Positions 21,732 to 33,085 of a DNA stretch of 64,000 nucleotides are shown here, in pieces. The DNA is taken from assembly GCA_963771355.1 (NCBI GenBank), contig CAVYTA010000008.1, forward strand, positions 64,001-128,000, written 5' to 3'. This DNA comes from an uncultured Candidatus Rokubacteria bacterium (GTDB taxonomy: Bacteria; Methylomirabilota; Methylomirabilia; Rokubacteriales; CSP1-6). A model generated the notes under the pieces. That model worked only from the letters and a program-made list of their open reading frames with translations, was not told where the DNA came from and ran no database searches. The first letter of the stretch is position 1, and each line of letters starts with the position of its first letter. Position numbers and translations under genes: made by a program.

Positions 21732-22730
21732 ATGACTCGCCGCGCGAGCATCGTCCTCGCGGTGGTGGTGATCGGGATCGCCTTCTCGCTGCCGTTCTAC
21801 ATGAGCGGCTTCCGGCTCTTCCAGTTCACCCAGGTCTGTATTTACGCCATCGCGCTGATGGGCCTGAATCTCCTCACCGGCTACAACGGCCAGTTCTCTC
21901 TCGGCCACGGCGCCTTCTACGCCATCGGCGCCTACATCTCCGCCATCATGATGGACCGGTGGGCGATCGGGTACGGCTGGACTATCCCGGTGGCGGGGGT
22001 GCTCTGCCTGGTGGTGGGCTTTCTCTTCGGTCGCCCCGCACTGCGCCTCGAGGGGCTCTACCTCGCGCTGGCCACCTTCTCGCTCGCGCTGGCCGTCCCG
22101 CAGATCCTCAAGTACTTCGAGCACTGGACGGGCGGCTCGCAGGGCATCGTGCTCAGCAAGCCCAAGGCGCCCTGGGGCTTGAAGCTCACCGAGGACCAGT
22201 GGCTGTACCTGGTGACGCTCACCATCACCGTGATCATGTTCGTCCTCGCGGCCAACCTCGTGCGCAGCCGGATCGGCCGCGCTCTGGTGGCGATCCGGGA
22301 CAACCACATCGCCGCCGAGGCCATGGGCGTGGACAACGCCCTCGTCAAGTCGGTGACCTTCGGGGTGAGCGCGGCCTTTACCGGGGTGGCGGGGGCGCTG
22401 TCCGCGGTGGCCATCGCCTATGTCGCGCCCGACTCCTTCAACGTGTTCCTGTCCATCACCTTCCTCATCGGCATTGTTATCGGCGGCCTGGGGTCGATCT
22501 GGGGTAATGTGTTAGGAGCGCTCTTCATCCAGTTCGTCCCCAACTGGGCCCAGGACATCTCCAAGGCCGCCCCCTGGGCCATCTTCGGCATCTTCCTCAT
22601 CGGGTTCATGTACGTCATGCCCTACGGAATCGCGGGGGCGCTGAAGCGCCTCTGGATCCGGGCGGCCCGGCCGCGCGTTTCAGGGCAAGGAGGTGAAGCG
22701 GTCCCGCAGGCGCATTCCCCATCAGGCTGA
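21732..22730 (+). CDS. livM: Branched-chain amino acid ABC transporter permease (LivM-like)
   Basis: GQFSLGHGAFYAIGAY and GRALVAIRDN motifs. Confidence 0.9.
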   Translation: MTRRASIVLAVVVIGIAFSLPFYMSGFRLFQFTQVCIYAIALMGLNLLTGYNGQFSLGHGAFYAIGAYISAIMMDRWAIGYGWTIPVAGVLCLVVGFLFGRPALRLEGLYLALATFSLALAVPQILKYFEHWTGGSQGIVLSKPKAPWGLKLTEDQWLYLVTLTITVIMFVLAANLVRSRIGRALVAIRDNHIAAEAMGVDNALVKSVTFGVSAAFTGVAGALSAVAIAYVAPDSFNVFLSITFLIGIVIGGLGSIWGNVLGALFIQFVPNWAQDISKAAPWAIFGIFLIGFMYVMPYGIAGALKRLWIRAARPRVSGQGGEAVPQAHSPSG

Positions 22731-22751
22731 ACCATAACCAAGGAGGACAAC

Positions 22752-23969
22752 ATGATCGGACGAAAACTCCTCGTATTCGCGCTGGCCGGTGCCCTGATCG
22801 GCGTCGGGCTGGCGTCGGCCGTCAGCGCCCAGACCGTGGTCGGCGTGACGCCCACCGAGATCAAGATCGGCAATACCAACCCGTACAGCGGGCCCGCCTC
22901 GGCGTACGGCACCATCGGCAAGGCCATCGGCGCCTACTTCAAGAAGGTCAACGACGAGGGCGGCGTCAACGGGCGGAAGATCAACTACATCACGCTCGAC
23001 GACGGCTATAGCCCGCCGAAGGCGGTGGAGATGGTCCGCCGGCTCGTCGAGCAGGACCAGGTGGCGCTGCTCTTCCAGACTCTGGGCACGCCCACCAACT
23101 CCGCCATTCACAAGTACATGAACGAGAAGAAGGTGCCGCACCTCTTCGTGGCCACCGGCGCCACCAAGTGGAACGACCCCAAGAACTTCCCCTGGACCAT
23201 GGGCTTCCAGCCCAACTACCAGACGGAGGGGCGAGTCTACGCGTCTTACATCCTGAAGAACTTCCCCGACGCGAAGGTGGGCATCCTGTACCAGAACGAC
23301 GATTACGGCAAGGACTACCTCAAGGGCATGGAGGACGGGCTCGGCGCCGCCGCCTCCAAGCTCATCGTGCTGAAGCAGAGCCACGAGGTGACCGACCCGA
23401 CGATCGACTCGCAGATCATCAATCTGAAGAACGCGGGCGCCAACGTCTTCTTCAACGTCACCATCCCGAAGTTCGCGGTGCAGGCGATCAAGAAGGCGCA
23501 TGACATCGGCTGGAAGCCCACGCACTTCCTCAACAACGTGTCCAGCTCGCTGGCTACCGTGCTGAAGCCCGCCGGCCTCGAGGCCTCCAAGGGGCTCATC
23601 ACCGCGCTGTACATGAAGGAAGTCACCGATCCGCAGTGGAACAAGGACAAGGGCTACCTGGACTGGGTGGCGTTCATGAAGAAGTACTATCCTGAGGGCA
23701 ACCTCGAGGACCAGTCCAACGCCTACGGGTACAACGTGGCGATCCTGATGACCCAGGTCCTGAAGCAGTGCGGGAACGACTTCTCCCGCGAGAACATCAT
23801 GAAGCAGGCGGCCAACATCAAGGACTTCGAGCTTCCGCTGCTGCTGCCCGGCATGAAGATCAATACGAGCCCGACGGACCACGCGCCCATCGAGCAGGAG
23901 CAGCTCGCGAAGTTCGACGGGGAGCGGTGGGTGCTGTTCGGCGAGATCTTCGACGCCTTCCGGAAGTAG
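22752..23969 (+). CDS. ABC transporter substrate-binding protein (Leu/Ile/Val-binding fold)
   Basis: Signal peptide; PYSGPASAYG, GGVNGRKI and YQNDDYG motifs. Confidence 0.92.
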   Translation: MIGRKLLVFALAGALIGVGLASAVSAQTVVGVTPTEIKIGNTNPYSGPASAYGTIGKAIGAYFKKVNDEGGVNGRKINYITLDDGYSPPKAVEMVRRLVEQDQVALLFQTLGTPTNSAIHKYMNEKKVPHLFVATGATKWNDPKNFPWTMGFQPNYQTEGRVYASYILKNFPDAKVGILYQNDDYGKDYLKGMEDGLGAAASKLIVLKQSHEVTDPTIDSQIINLKNAGANVFFNVTIPKFAVQAIKKAHDIGWKPTHFLNNVSSSLATVLKPAGLEASKGLITALYMKEVTDPQWNKDKGYLDWVAFMKKYYPEGNLEDQSNAYGYNVAILMTQVLKQCGNDFSRENIMKQAANIKDFELPLLLPGMKINTSPTDHAPIEQEQLAKFDGERWVLFGEIFDAFRK

Positions 23970-23985
23970 CGGGTAGGGGAAACAC

Positions 23986-24026
23986 GATCGGGCGGGGTCG
24001 GCAGCGTTCGCCGGCCCCGCCCGATC
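23986..24026. terminator. GC-rich hairpin between convergent genes
   Basis: GATCGGGCGGGGTCGGC / GCCGGCCCCGCCCGATC 17-bp stem with one G-T pair; no long U tract. Confidence 0.6.
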
Positions 24027-24042
24027 AACCCGTCGCGGGAGC

Positions 24043-24321
24043 TTACTTGCTGGGCTGGTAGTAGGGGTTGCTGCCCGAGGCGTGGTCGGTGGTGTCGAGG
24101 ACTTCCTCGATCTCCGGGATCTCTTCCTTGATCAGCCGCTCGATGCCGGACTTGAGCGTCACGTCGGCGGCCCCGCAGCCCTGGCAGCCTCCGCCCATGG
24201 TGAGATACACCTTGTTGTCCTTGACGTCGATGAGATCCACGAAGCCTCCGTGGCCCGCCACCGCGGGATTGATCATCGAGTCGATCAGCTCCTGCACCTT
24301 GGTCTTGAGATCCTCGCTCAT
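24043..24321 (-). CDS. NifU/NfuA-type Fe-S cluster carrier
   Basis: INPAVAGHGG, GGGCQGC and DTTDHASGSNPYY motifs; AAGGAGG RBS before ATG 24321. Confidence 0.92.
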   Translation of the reverse strand: MSEDLKTKVQELIDSMINPAVAGHGGFVDLIDVKDNKVYLTMGGGCQGCGAADVTLKSGIERLIKEEIPEIEEVLDTTDHASGSNPYYQPSK

Positions 24322-24344
24322 ACCTGCCTCCTTGCGCAGCGCGT

Positions 24345-25796
24345 CTAGATCACTACTGTACTCGAATATCCGGTAAGGGCCAACTGGCCCTTGGTGGGCT
24401 CCGCTCAGCAGAACCAGGGCTCGGTGAGGCGGGGCGGGCGTCGACGGTCGGGGGCCAGGCGCGGCGCCAGGGGTGCCGGGGCGGGGGTGCCCGCCGCCGT
24501 CGCGGCGAGGGCGCGCACACGGTCGAAGGTGACGGCGGAATCCTCGGCGCGCGGGGCCGATTCGGCGATGAGCGCCGCCACGCCGGCCTGGAGCGTCTCC
24601 ATCCGCGGGTCCGGGTGCCGCCACGCGTAGGAGAAATCCGCCGCCACCAGCGCGCCCAGATACGGCCGCATGCCGGGGTGGTCCACCAGCCGCGAGCCGG
24701 GCGGCACCAGGAGCCGCAGCGAGTACTGCACCGGGTCCACGTGGTCCACGAGGTCGCGCGCCGCGACCCAGTCGAGCACCTCCACGAAGTCGCGGAGCGT
24801 CGTCCACGGCGTGAACGCCACCCAGGTGGGCCGCAGCGCGATGCCGGCCGCGCGAGTGGCGGCCAGCGCGACCTCCACGTCGGCACGCGTGTGCCCCTTG
24901 TCGAGATGCGCGAGCACGGTCTCGCTGAGGGACTCCACCGCAGACACCACGAAGAGGCAGCCGAGCGCGCCCAGCTCGGGCAGGTCGCCCGCGCGCCGGA
25001 GCAGGTGCTCGACTTTGGCGGTGAAGTCGAAGGTGACCCCGGGAAACTCACGGTGCAGGCGCCGGACGACCTCGAGGGCGTGGCCGGGACCGTTGAGGAA
25101 GTCGGGATCGCCGAAGGTGATATGCCCCGCGCCTGCCTCCACCTGTTGCGCCACGTCCTCCAGGACCACATCCGCGGGCACCACGAAGAAGCGGCCCCCA
25201 TAGACGGGCGGGATGGGGCAGTGGCGACAGAGGTGCTTGCAGCCGCGGCTGGCCTCGACGTAGCCCACGGGGATCTGGCGCCCGTCGTGCTCGAGCCGCG
25301 CATAGGTCTTGAGCGCGGGCAGCGCAGCGCGGCTGGGCCGCGGCAGCGTGGGCCGTGCGATGTGGGGGCCCGCGGGCTGGCCCACGCGGCGCACCCCGGG
25401 GAGGGGGCCCGCCCGGCCGGACTCGAGCGCTTCCACGAGTGCGGCCAGCGGCTCCTCCACCTCGCCGCCGATCACGCTGTCGGCGCCATGGGCGAGCAGG
25501 TGCTCGGCGTTGAGCGTGGCGTAGAGCCCGTAGAAGCACACGTGAACGCCGGGATTGAGCCGCCGCACCCGCTCCGCCACGGTGATGCCCACGCGCAGCG
25601 CGGTGTGCATGGGTACGGAGATGGCGACCAGGCGCGCGCGGCGCACCTTCTCGGCGTCGAGGGGTTCGACCGAGATGTCGAGGACGGCGGGGGCGAACCC
25701 GCGCTGCTCGAGCACCGCCGCCGGCCAGGCCACCGCCAGCGGCTGGTGGCCCAGCTCGTAGCAGGCGATCAGCAACACAGCCCCGTGATCTCTCAC
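24345..25796 (-). CDS. CUAEP/CCAEP-tail radical SAM selenoprotein (UGA=Sec at 24405-24407)
   Basis: CKHLCRHC motif; the frame continues PWFC-TGA-AEPTKGQLALTGYSSTVVI-TAG. Confidence 0.85.
24375..24392 (-). promoter_or_regulatory. Candidate bacterial SECIS element
   Basis: AAGGGCC-AGTT-GGCCCTT hairpin starting 12 nt after the in-frame UGA, with GU in the apical loop. Confidence 0.75.
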
Positions 25797-25820
25797 GGAG
25801 CCGAGTCTACACCCTCGCCG

Positions 25821-26114
25821 CTAGGAGTAACTCGGCTCGGCGGGCAGCGGCAGCGGCGCGCGCAGGCGCGGGAGCGCCTCGTTCAGCACACGCCCGAGGC
25901 CATCGGCGAGGACGTCCGCCAGCTGGCCACGCTCGCGCCGCAGGCTGTCGTTCTCGCTCTGCAGGGCGTCGAGCTCGCGCCGGAGCTCGTTGACCTCCTG
26001 GAGGAGCCGGTTCGAGGCGCGCTCGGTGGCCTCGAGCCGGGCGCACAGGCGGTCCTGCTCGGTGAGGAGCCGGGTGATGCGAATCCGGGCGTCGTGGAAG
26101 TCCAGGTCGTCCAT
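25821..26114 (-). CDS. Small coiled-coil hypothetical protein
   Basis: 97 aa, heptad-like; TACACT 7 nt before ATG. Confidence 0.7.
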   Translation of the reverse strand: MDDLDFHDARIRITRLLTEQDRLCARLEATERASNRLLQEVNELRRELDALQSENDSLRRERGQLADVLADGLGRVLNEALPRLRAPLPLPAEPSYS

Positions 26115-26199
26115 GGCCGGCAGTGTAGCACAGGATGGGGTGCAAGCCATGCATCCTACCGTATCTAGGGGGCAGGGCCCTGTGCTAGCCTCGAAGGCC

Positions 26200-27405
26200 A
26201 TGGCCGCCCGCCCCGCCGCGCTCGCCTTCATCTTCGTCACCGTCGTGCTCGACATGCTCGCGCTCGGCGTGATCATTCCGGTGCTGCCGCGGCTGGTGGT
26301 CAGCTTCCTCGGTGGGGACACCGCCCGCGCGGCGGAGATCTACGGCGTCTTCGGCACCGTGTGGGCGCTGATGCAGTTCGTGTCTTCTCCGGTGCTCGGC
26401 GCGCTGTCGGATCGCTGGGGCCGGCGGCCCGTCATCCTGCTCTCCAATCTCGGGCTGGGTCTCGACTACGTGCTGATGGCGCTGGCGCCCACGCTCACCT
26501 GGCTCTTCGTGGGCCGGGTGATTTCCGGCGTCACCGCGGCCAGCGTCAGCATCGCGGGCGCCTATATCGCCGACGTCACCCCGCCCGAGCAGCGCGCGCG
26601 GGGGTTCGGCATGATCGGCGCCGCGTTCGGCGTCGGGTTCATCTTGGGTCCCGCGCTGGGCGGCGTGCTGGGGGTGGTGGATCCGCGGCTGCCCTTCTGG
26701 GTGGCGGCGGGCTTGAGCCTGCTCAACGCGCTCTACGGTTACTTCGTGCTGCCGGAGTCCTTGCCGCGGGAGCGGCGCGCGCCCCTTCGGTGGCGGCGCG
26801 CCAATCCGCTGGGGGCCCTCGGCCTCCTCGGCTCGCACCGGGAGCTCGGCGGCCTCGCCATTGTCCATTTCATCGGCCGGGTGGCGCACGAGGTGCTGCC
26901 GAGCGTCTTCGTCCTCTACGCGGGCTATCGCTACGGATGGGACGAGCGAGCCCTGGGGCTCTTTCTCGCCGCGGTGGGGCTGTCCACCATGATCGTCTCG
27001 GGACGCCTCGTGCACCCGATCGTCAGCCGGCTGGGCGAGCGCTGGGCGCTGCTCCTGGCCCTGGCCTGCGGCGCCGTCGGCTTCGCGATCTACGGGCTCG
27101 CGTCGGTGGGAGTGGTGGCCCTGCTCGCGGTGCCCATCCACGCGCTCTGGGGCCTGGGGAGCCCGGCCGCGCAGGGCCTGATGACCCGCCGCGTGCCGGC
27201 CTCGGAGCAGGGGCAGCTCCAGGGCGCGCTGTCGAGCCTGGGCGGGATCGCCGGGCTCATCGGCCCCGGCCTCTTCACGCTGACCTTCGCGTGGTTCCTC
27301 GGCGCGCGCGGCGGGATCGCCTTGCCCGGCGCGCCGCTCCTCCTCGCCGCGCTCCTGATGCTGGTCTCGCTCGCGGTCGCGTGGCGCGCAACTCGCGCGC
27401 GTTAG
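26200..27405 (+). CDS. TCR/Tet (DHA1) family MFS efflux transporter
   Basis: LDMLALGVIIPVLP, GALSDRWGRRPV and GFILGPALGG motifs. Confidence 0.92.
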   Translation: MAARPAALAFIFVTVVLDMLALGVIIPVLPRLVVSFLGGDTARAAEIYGVFGTVWALMQFVSSPVLGALSDRWGRRPVILLSNLGLGLDYVLMALAPTLTWLFVGRVISGVTAASVSIAGAYIADVTPPEQRARGFGMIGAAFGVGFILGPALGGVLGVVDPRLPFWVAAGLSLLNALYGYFVLPESLPRERRAPLRWRRANPLGALGLLGSHRELGGLAIVHFIGRVAHEVLPSVFVLYAGYRYGWDERALGLFLAAVGLSTMIVSGRLVHPIVSRLGERWALLLALACGAVGFAIYGLASVGVVALLAVPIHALWGLGSPAAQGLMTRRVPASEQGQLQGALSSLGGIAGLIGPGLFTLTFAWFLGARGGIALPGAPLLLAALLMLVSLAVAWRATRAR

Positions 27406-27435
27406 TCGGCCGCGGGGGCTCGTCGGCCGCGCGAG

Positions 27436-28397
<962 letters not shown>

Positions 28398-28401
<4 letters not shown>

Positions 28402-29390
28402 GCCTTCCTCGCGGGCTCGGCGTGCACGGCGAGCCAGCAGCGGCCGAAGTGGGCGGGGGAGACGGTGATGTCGGGCGGCGCCTCCTCGTGGCAGCGGTCC
28501 ATCACCTCGGGACAGCGCGGATGGAAGGCGCAGCCGGTGGGGAGGGCAGCGAGGTCGGGCGGCTGTCCTTCGATGGCGGTGAGCCGCCGGCGCGAATCGC
28601 TCATGCGCGGGATCGACTCCAGGAGGGCCCGGGTATAGGGATGCGCGGGCGCGTCGAAGATCTCCTTCACCGGGCCCACCTCCACCATGCGCCCCGCGTA
28701 CATCACCGCCACCCGGTCGCACATCTTGGCCACGATACCGAGGTTGTGGGTGATGAAGATGAGGGCGAGGCCGTGGGCTCTCTGCAGCTCGCGCAGGAGG
28801 TTCAGGTACTGCGCCTGGATGGTGAGATCGAGGCTGGTGGTCGGCTCGTCGGCGATGAGGAGACGCGGCTCGCAGGAGATGCCGATGGCCCCGACGATGC
28901 GCTGGCGCATGCCCCCCGACATCTGGTGGGGATACTCCTTCACACGGGCCTCGGGGGCGGGGATTTTCACGGAGCGCAGCAGCTCGCGCGCGCGCGCCCA
29001 GGCGCTCTTGCGGGAGGCGTGCTCGTGGACGCGGAGCGGCTCGGCCACCTGGTTCCCGATCGTGAAGAGGGGGTTGAGCGAGGCCAAAGGGTCCTGCAGG
29101 ATCATCGCGATCCGCTGGCCCCGCACCTTGCGCATCTCCTTGTCCGACAGGGCCAGCAGATCGCGGCCCTCGAAACGGACCTCGCCCGAGACGAAGCGCG
29201 CCGCGGTGGGCAGGAGCCGCAGCAGCGAGAGCGCCAGCGTGGTCTTGCCCGACCCCGATTCGCCCACGATGCCCAGCGTCTCGCCCGCGTCGAGCGAGAA
29301 GGACACCTCGTCCACCGCGCGGTTGACGCGGGCGCCCCGCGCGGTGACGTAGTGCACCCCGAGATTCCGGATCTCCAGGAGCGGGCTCAA
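28398..29390 (-). CDS. Peptide/nickel ABC transporter ATP-binding protein (DppD/OppD-like)
   Basis: [16 protein letters not shown] and DEPTT motifs. Confidence 0.92.
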
Positions 29391-29491
29391 TGCGAGATCA
29401 CGAAGGCGAGCGCGAGGATGCCGAGCCCGATGAGCAGATCGAGCACGCCCTTGAAGCGGAAGGACCGGCGCGGGGGATCCGGCTCGCTCAT
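29387..29491 (-). CDS. 34-aa single-TM microprotein
   Basis: [38 protein letters not shown] overlap upstream and TTGA overlap downstream. Confidence 0.65.
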   Translation of the reverse strand: MSEPDPPRRSFRFKGVLDLLIGLGILALAFVISH

Positions 29492-30393
29492 AGCTGGCGA
29501 AGCTGGGGGTCGAGCTTGACCCGCAGCCAGTCTCCGAGGAGGTTGGCGGACAGCACCATCAGCATGATGCAGCACCCCGGCAGCACGGTGAGCCACCAGT
29601 ACCCGGCCATCAGGCCCTTCTTACCGTCGGCCAGCATGAGGCCCCAGGCCGGCAGCGGCGGCGGTACGCCCACCCCGAGGAAGGACAGCGCCGCCTCCGT
29701 CACGATGACCACGCCCAGCATGAGGGTGCCCAGCACGATGGCCGAGTTCAGCACGTTGGGCAGGATGTGCTTGCGCATGATCGTGCGCTTGGAGCAGCCC
29801 GCCACGATGGCCAGGCGCACGAAGTCGCGCTCCTTCAGCGAGAGCACCTCGCCGCGGATGACGCGGGCGTAGCGGGTCCAGTAGATCGCCCCCAGGATGA
29901 TGACGATGTTCATGACCCCGGGACCCCGGATGGCAGCCAGGAAGATGGCGAAGGTCAGGGCGGGCAGGGCGAGCCAGGTGTCGGTCACGCGCATGATCAC
30001 CTGGTCCACCCACCCGCCGAGGTAGCCGGAGAGGATGCCCAGCGAGGTGCCGATCACCCCCGCCACGAGGACGGCGGTGAAGCCCACGATCATGGACACG
30101 CGGGCGCCGAAGATCAGCCGCGCGAGCACGTCCCGCCCGAGGTGGTCCGTGCCGAGGAGATTCTCGGCGCGTCCCCCCGTCTGCCAGGCGGGCGGCTTGA
30201 AGCGATCGCCCAGGCTGCCCACCTCCGGATCGAAGGGGGTGATGACGTTGGCGAAGATCGCCACCAGCATGAGGACGACCAGGATGCCGGTAGCGATGTA
30301 GGGAAAACCGCTCGCGCGAAGCGTGGACATCCGCGAGCCGACGATCAGCTCCCCTCCTCCACTCTCTCGAAGCGCGGCTTCGGTGGTGCTCAT
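29488..30393 (-). CDS. Peptide ABC transporter permease (DppC-like)
   Basis: LLGTDHLGRD, HILPN and EAALSFLG motifs. Confidence 0.92.
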   Translation of the reverse strand: MSTTEAALRESGGGELIVGSRMSTLRASGFPYIATGILVVLMLVAIFANVITPFDPEVGSLGDRFKPPAWQTGGRAENLLGTDHLGRDVLARLIFGARVSMIVGFTAVLVAGVIGTSLGILSGYLGGWVDQVIMRVTDTWLALPALTFAIFLAAIRGPGVMNIVIILGAIYWTRYARVIRGEVLSLKERDFVRLAIVAGCSKRTIMRKHILPNVLNSAIVLGTLMLGVVIVTEAALSFLGVGVPPPLPAWGLMLADGKKGLMAGYWWLTVLPGCCIMLMVLSANLLGDWLRVKLDPQLRQL

Positions 30394-31310
30394 CGGTCGT
30401 ACCGGATGCGGGGGTCGATCACCGCGTAGAGCACGTCCACGAGGAGGTTCACGAAGACGATCATGGCGCCCCCCAGGAGGACGGTGGCCTGCACCACCGG
30501 GAAGTCGCGGAAGGAAATGCCTTCGTACAGCAGCCGTCCGATGCCGGGCCACGCGAAGACGGTCTCCACTACCACCGCCACGTTGACCATGATGACGAGG
30601 TTGATGCCGGCCAGGGTGAGCACGGGGATGAGCGCGTTCTTGAACGCGTGCTTGCCGATGACGAGGGCCTCCGGGAGGCCCTTGATGCGCGCGAGCTTGA
30701 CGTATTCCGAGCCCAGCACCTCCAGCATGGACGAGCGCGTGAGGCGCATGTGGGCGGCGGCGAAGTACCAGCCGAGCGCGAAGGCGGGCATCATCAGGTG
30801 CCACACGGTGCCCGAGCCCGAGGAGGGCAGCCAGCCGAGGTAGACGGAGAAGAAGAGGATCATCACCAGGCCGACCCAGAAGGAGGGGAGCGACAGCCCC
30901 AGCAGGGCGAAGATCTTGCCCGCGCTGTCCCACCACTGGTTCACCCGCACCGCCGCGATGATGCCGGTGGGGATGCCGATGAGGAGCGACAAGGCCATGG
31001 CGGCGCCCGCGAGCAGCAGCGAGTTCGGCAGGCGGGAGAGGTAGAGCTCGAGGACGGGGGTCCGGTAGTAGAAGGACTGGCCGAAGTCGCCCCGGAGGAG
31101 GTTCGACACGAAGGTCCCGTACTGCACCCAGATCGGCCGGTCGAGCCCGAGCTGCGTGCGGATGGCCTCGAGGTCCGCCTTGCTCGCCCCCGGCTCCACC
31201 AGGAGGACGGCGGGATCCCCGGTGAGCCGGACGAACAGGAAGATGGTGAGGGAGAGCAGGGCCAGCGACACCAGCGCGTAGCCCAATCGTTTCAGGATGA
31301 ATCGCTTCAT
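30390..31310 (-). CDS. Peptide ABC transporter permease (DppB-like)
   Basis: GDFGQS, ARIKGL, VETVFAWPGIG and DPRI motifs. Confidence 0.92.
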   Translation of the reverse strand: MKRFILKRLGYALVSLALLSLTIFLFVRLTGDPAVLLVEPGASKADLEAIRTQLGLDRPIWVQYGTFVSNLLRGDFGQSFYYRTPVLELYLSRLPNSLLLAGAAMALSLLIGIPTGIIAAVRVNQWWDSAGKIFALLGLSLPSFWVGLVMILFFSVYLGWLPSSGSGTVWHLMMPAFALGWYFAAAHMRLTRSSMLEVLGSEYVKLARIKGLPEALVIGKHAFKNALIPVLTLAGINLVIMVNVAVVVETVFAWPGIGRLLYEGISFRDFPVVQATVLLGGAMIVFVNLLVDVLYAVIDPRIRYDR

Positions 31311-31314
31311 GTGG

Positions 31315-32917
31315 TCACCGCTTGTTGAGGCGAAGGTCCTCGTAGGGTCCGGAATAGGCGTGGTTGGGAATCATGCCGAGCCCGTGCACCTCCAGCCGCG
31401 GTCCGACCCCGTTGAGAAAGGCGGGCTCGATGACCGGTCCGAACATGACCTGCTCGTGGATCACCTGCTGCATCTTGTGGAGGATCTGCTGGCGGACGCG
31501 CGGGTTCATCTCCTTCGACTGCTCACCGTAGAGCCCGTCCACCTCCGGATAGGTCCCGTAGACGTAGCGGCCCCCCGTCACCGCGTACTGCTCGAGCCGC
31601 GTGGGCGCGTTGCCGGGGGCGCCGCTGCCGCTGAAGATCACGCCCCGGAGCTTCTTGTCACCGTACTCCTGGAAGAAGGCCGCGCGCTCCATGGGCCGCA
31701 GGCGCAGCCGGATGCCTACCTGCTGGAGATAGTTCACCACCGGCTCCCCGATGGCCACCCCGTAGATGGTGTCGCCGGTGAGGTCGCCCGCGTCGAAGCC
31801 ATTGGGGTAGCCGGCCTCGGCCAGGAGCGCCCGGGCGCGCTTGACGTCAAACGGATACGCCGGCGGCGTCCAGAAGTACTCCATGCCCTGCGGGATGAAG
31901 GAGTGCGCGAGCTTGGACAGCCCGAGGTAGACCGCGCCATTGATGCCGGCGCGATCGATGGCGAGGTTGGCGGCGAGCCGCACGCGCCGGTCGTGCCAGG
32001 GCGACTTCGGATCCCACTGCTCGGTGAAGAGGAGCCAGGTGGTGAAGGTGAAGTAGGTGGGCACCAGCCGGAGATTCGCCGTGCGCTTGACCTCCTCCGC
32101 CAGAGGCCCCGTGATGGAGTACGCCACGTCGACCTCGCCGCGCCTGAGCGCGGCCAGGCGGGTGGACTCGTCGGGGATCACGCGGAAGATGAGGGTCTTC
32201 ACCGCGGGCGCCTTGCGCCAGTAGCCGTCGAAGGCCTCCACCGTCAGCTCCACGCCGGGCTTGAACGCCACGAACCGGTACGGGCCCGCGCCCACCGGGG
32301 CCTTCTTGAAGCCGTCCTCGCCCACCTGCTCCACGTACTTCTTCGGCACGATCCAGGCGGCGCCGGTGGCGGGGGTGGCGTAGAAGGTCATGAAGTCGGG
32401 CCAGGGCTGCTTGAGCACGAAGCGCACGCGCTGCGGGATCGAGCACCTCCACCCGCGCCACCTTGCCCTTGAGCAGCGCCGCGCTGGCGCCGCGATAGCG
32501 CTCGAACGAGAACTTCACATCCTCCGCCGTCACCGGCTCGCCGTGGTGGAACTTCGTCCCCTTGCGCAGCCGGAACTCGTAGGAGAGTCCGTCCTTGGAC
32601 GCGCTCCACGACTCGGCCAGGCTCGGCGTCATGGGATTGCCCGGCATGGGCTTGATGAGGGCATCGTGCAGCGCGTAGAGGACCATGAAGGGCGTGATGA
32701 TGCCGGACGTCTCGGCGGGGTCGAACCAAGTCGGCGCCAGCGTGACGTGGACGGCCCAGGTGGCCTGTCCCTCGGCGGCGCCGGCGGGAGGGACGGCCCC
32801 GGGGCCCGTGACGAAGGCGAGCGCCATCACGGCGAGGAGCAACGGGACGAGCATCGGCATCCGGTGGGACCGGCGGGCCGTGGAGGCCGTGGAGCGAAGC
32901 GGATGCCATCGGAGCAT
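31315..32917 (-). CDS. Peptide ABC transporter substrate-binding protein (family 5), frameshift near 32435
   Basis: The N-half (PSLAESW, VTAEDVKFS) and C-half (VGAGPY) join as VLDP-QRVRFVLK if one base is removed from GATCCCG. Confidence 0.88.
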
Positions 32918-33085
32918 GACCCGTCCTCCGCGTCTTTGCGAAGCGTCCCGGAGCGATGCGGGGCCCGGGTAGCGGTCGGTGTGTCCTGGAAAGTTCACGC
33001 GATTATCGTCGATACCGCAACCTTGTCAATCCCCGGGCCGGAGCACTCTCCCTCGGCCGGAGCAGTCAGCCCCCGGGCGAAGCCG

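Noticed and set aside
24322..24807. Long N-terminal extension of NifU (254-aa ORF)
   Set aside because: Overlaps the radical SAM gene in another frame; a strong RBS supports ATG 24321
26200..27405. Bona fide tetA resistance gene
   Set aside because: Family-level similarity only; no tetR or mobile context
32425..32440. Programmed frameshift in the peptide SBP
   Set aside because: No slippery heptamer; a single extra base in a C run is better explained as an error
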